From Candidatus Microgenomates bacterium (GTDB lineage: Bacteria; Patescibacteriota; Microgenomatia; UBA8517; JACQJR01): DNA of 64,000 bases. The translations under genes were made by a program, and so were the position numbers. The stretch spans positions 369,132 to 433,131 of the forward strand of contig JACQJR010000001.1 of NCBI GenBank assembly GCA_016204995.1, read 5' to 3'. Below are positions 63,388 through 64,000 of the stretch, in pieces (position 1 is the stretch's first letter; the number at the start of each line of letters is the position of its first letter). The notes below the pieces were generated by a model. The model ran no database searches and had not been told where the DNA came from. It was given only the letters and a program-made list of their open reading frames with translations.

Positions 63388-64000
63388 ATGTCTAATAGAA
63401 TTAACTTAAAAAGTATTTTAATTATTATTGCCACTGTCATATTGGCAGCCATTGCTGTTTTTACGGCCTGGCGGCTTTACCAATTAAGAAGCGAACCGGT
63501 CGCTCCCACTGCTCCTAAAAAAGCTCCGGCGGCAGAAAATAAAGCCTGTTCCGCTTTGACATTCACCATTGCTACGGCTACTGCTTCTCCCACCGCCACT
63601 CCTGTTCCCTGCACTGTTACCTGCGCCCAAGCTGATCTTAATAAAGATAATAAAGTTACTATTTTAGATTTGACTAAACTGGGCCAATGTACGGGCAAAA
63701 CTCCTACTGGAAACTGTGCCGGCACCGACTTAAATAAAGATAATGTTGTTGACCAAAAAGATGCTGACTGCGTCAAAACCGTCTGGCAGCAAACCTGCTC
63801 GGCAGCTACAGCTAGTCCGACTGCCTCGCCGACCAGTACGGCGACAGCCCGACCAACTGCCACCGCAACTGCTGCTCCTACCTCTTCTGCAGCACCAACT
63901 GCGACTTCTGCACCTGCCGCCACCGCTACGACTCGGGCGGGAACAGCCGCACCTACTGCAACTGCCGCTGCCCTACCAGTAGCCGGCATGTCCTGGCCGG
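63388..64000 (+). CDS. dockerin-repeat-containing membrane-anchored protein (partial; runs off the window end; not in the ORF track)
   Basis: my translation from the ATG at 63388 gives MSNRINLKSILIIIATVILAAIAVFTAW... then two dockerin-like Ca-binding repeats ADLNKDNKVTILDLTKL and DLNKDNVVDQKDADCV, followed by Thr/Ala/Pro-rich linker; no stop before 64000. Confidence 0.6.
   Translation, partial: MSNRINLKSILIIIATVILAAIAVFTAWRLYQLRSEPVAPTAPKKAPAAENKACSALTFTIATATASPTATPVPCTVTCAQADLNKDNKVTILDLTKLGQCTGKTPTGNCAGTDLNKDNVVDQKDADCVKTVWQQTCSAATASPTASPTSTATARPTATATAAPTSSAAPTATSAPAATATTRAGTAAPTATAAALPVAGMSWP

Noticed and set aside
63477-63989. 170-aa minus-strand Ala/Val-rich ORF
   Set aside because: Poly-Ala/Val translation of the antisense of the Thr/Ala/Pro-linker region of the plus-strand dockerin gene (63388 onward), which has a convincing signal anchor and dockerin repeats.

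Overview
This 64 kb window looks like a small, AT-moderate bacterial genome; gene content and the minimal domain architectures suggest a Candidate Phyla Radiation (Patescibacteria-like) organism. About 60% of it is minus-strand core information-processing genes: an S10/spc ribosomal-protein block, the str operon, rpoB-rpoC, a cell-envelope block, a nucleic-acid-processing block and a chaperone block. Several of these are interrupted in unusual ways.

Core blocks, left to right on the minus strand:
- Ribosomal block rplE...rplC then rpsJ, with a Crp/Fnr regulator sitting between rpsJ and rplC.
- str operon rpsL-rpsG-fusA-tuf, with an unknown gene between rpsG and fusA.
- rpoB-rpoC detached from rplKAJL and preceded by LemA and DUF2207 genes.
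- Cell-envelope block: mltG, ruvX, a sortase, an FtsA/PilM-like membrane protein and a truncated alaS.
- ftsK, rnj, a Lon AAA+-only gene, pnp, rpsO, infB and nusA.
- hrcA-grpE-dnaK-(four-helix-bundle cassette)-dnaJ with a CIRCE operator, followed by murJ.

Accessory content:
- Toxin-antitoxin modules: two HicB-HicA pairs, a Fic protein, a DUF4258/YgiT-zinc-finger pair and an AbiEii toxin.
- A compositionally foreign mosaic between rpsT and a pilN/pilO-led surface cluster. It consists of a 2.65 kb GC-rich segment bounded by perfect 94 bp direct repeats (with a tRNA-Gly-like remnant and truncated genes at the junctions), then a 5'-truncated AT-rich IS21 element (istA/istB), then the AbiE module.
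- A 3' surface cluster: pilN, pilO, an FN3/carboxypeptidase-regulatory-like surface protein with a sortase-signal-like C-terminus, a 572 aa cysteine-rich repeat protein, and a dockerin-repeat protein that runs off the window.

The most unusual signals are two families of short palindromic elements. One is a 36 bp (12-codon) element inserted in-frame into lon-like, infB, mltG and a membrane-protein gene, adding the peptide LPAGADKPAQAG; this resembles Rickettsia RPE-type in-frame repeats. The other is a 17 bp palindrome, CCCCGATTTAATCGGGG, found four times, including inside rplD. Conserved intergenic repeat motifs and terminator-like hairpins in the rpoB and nusA leaders are also reported.
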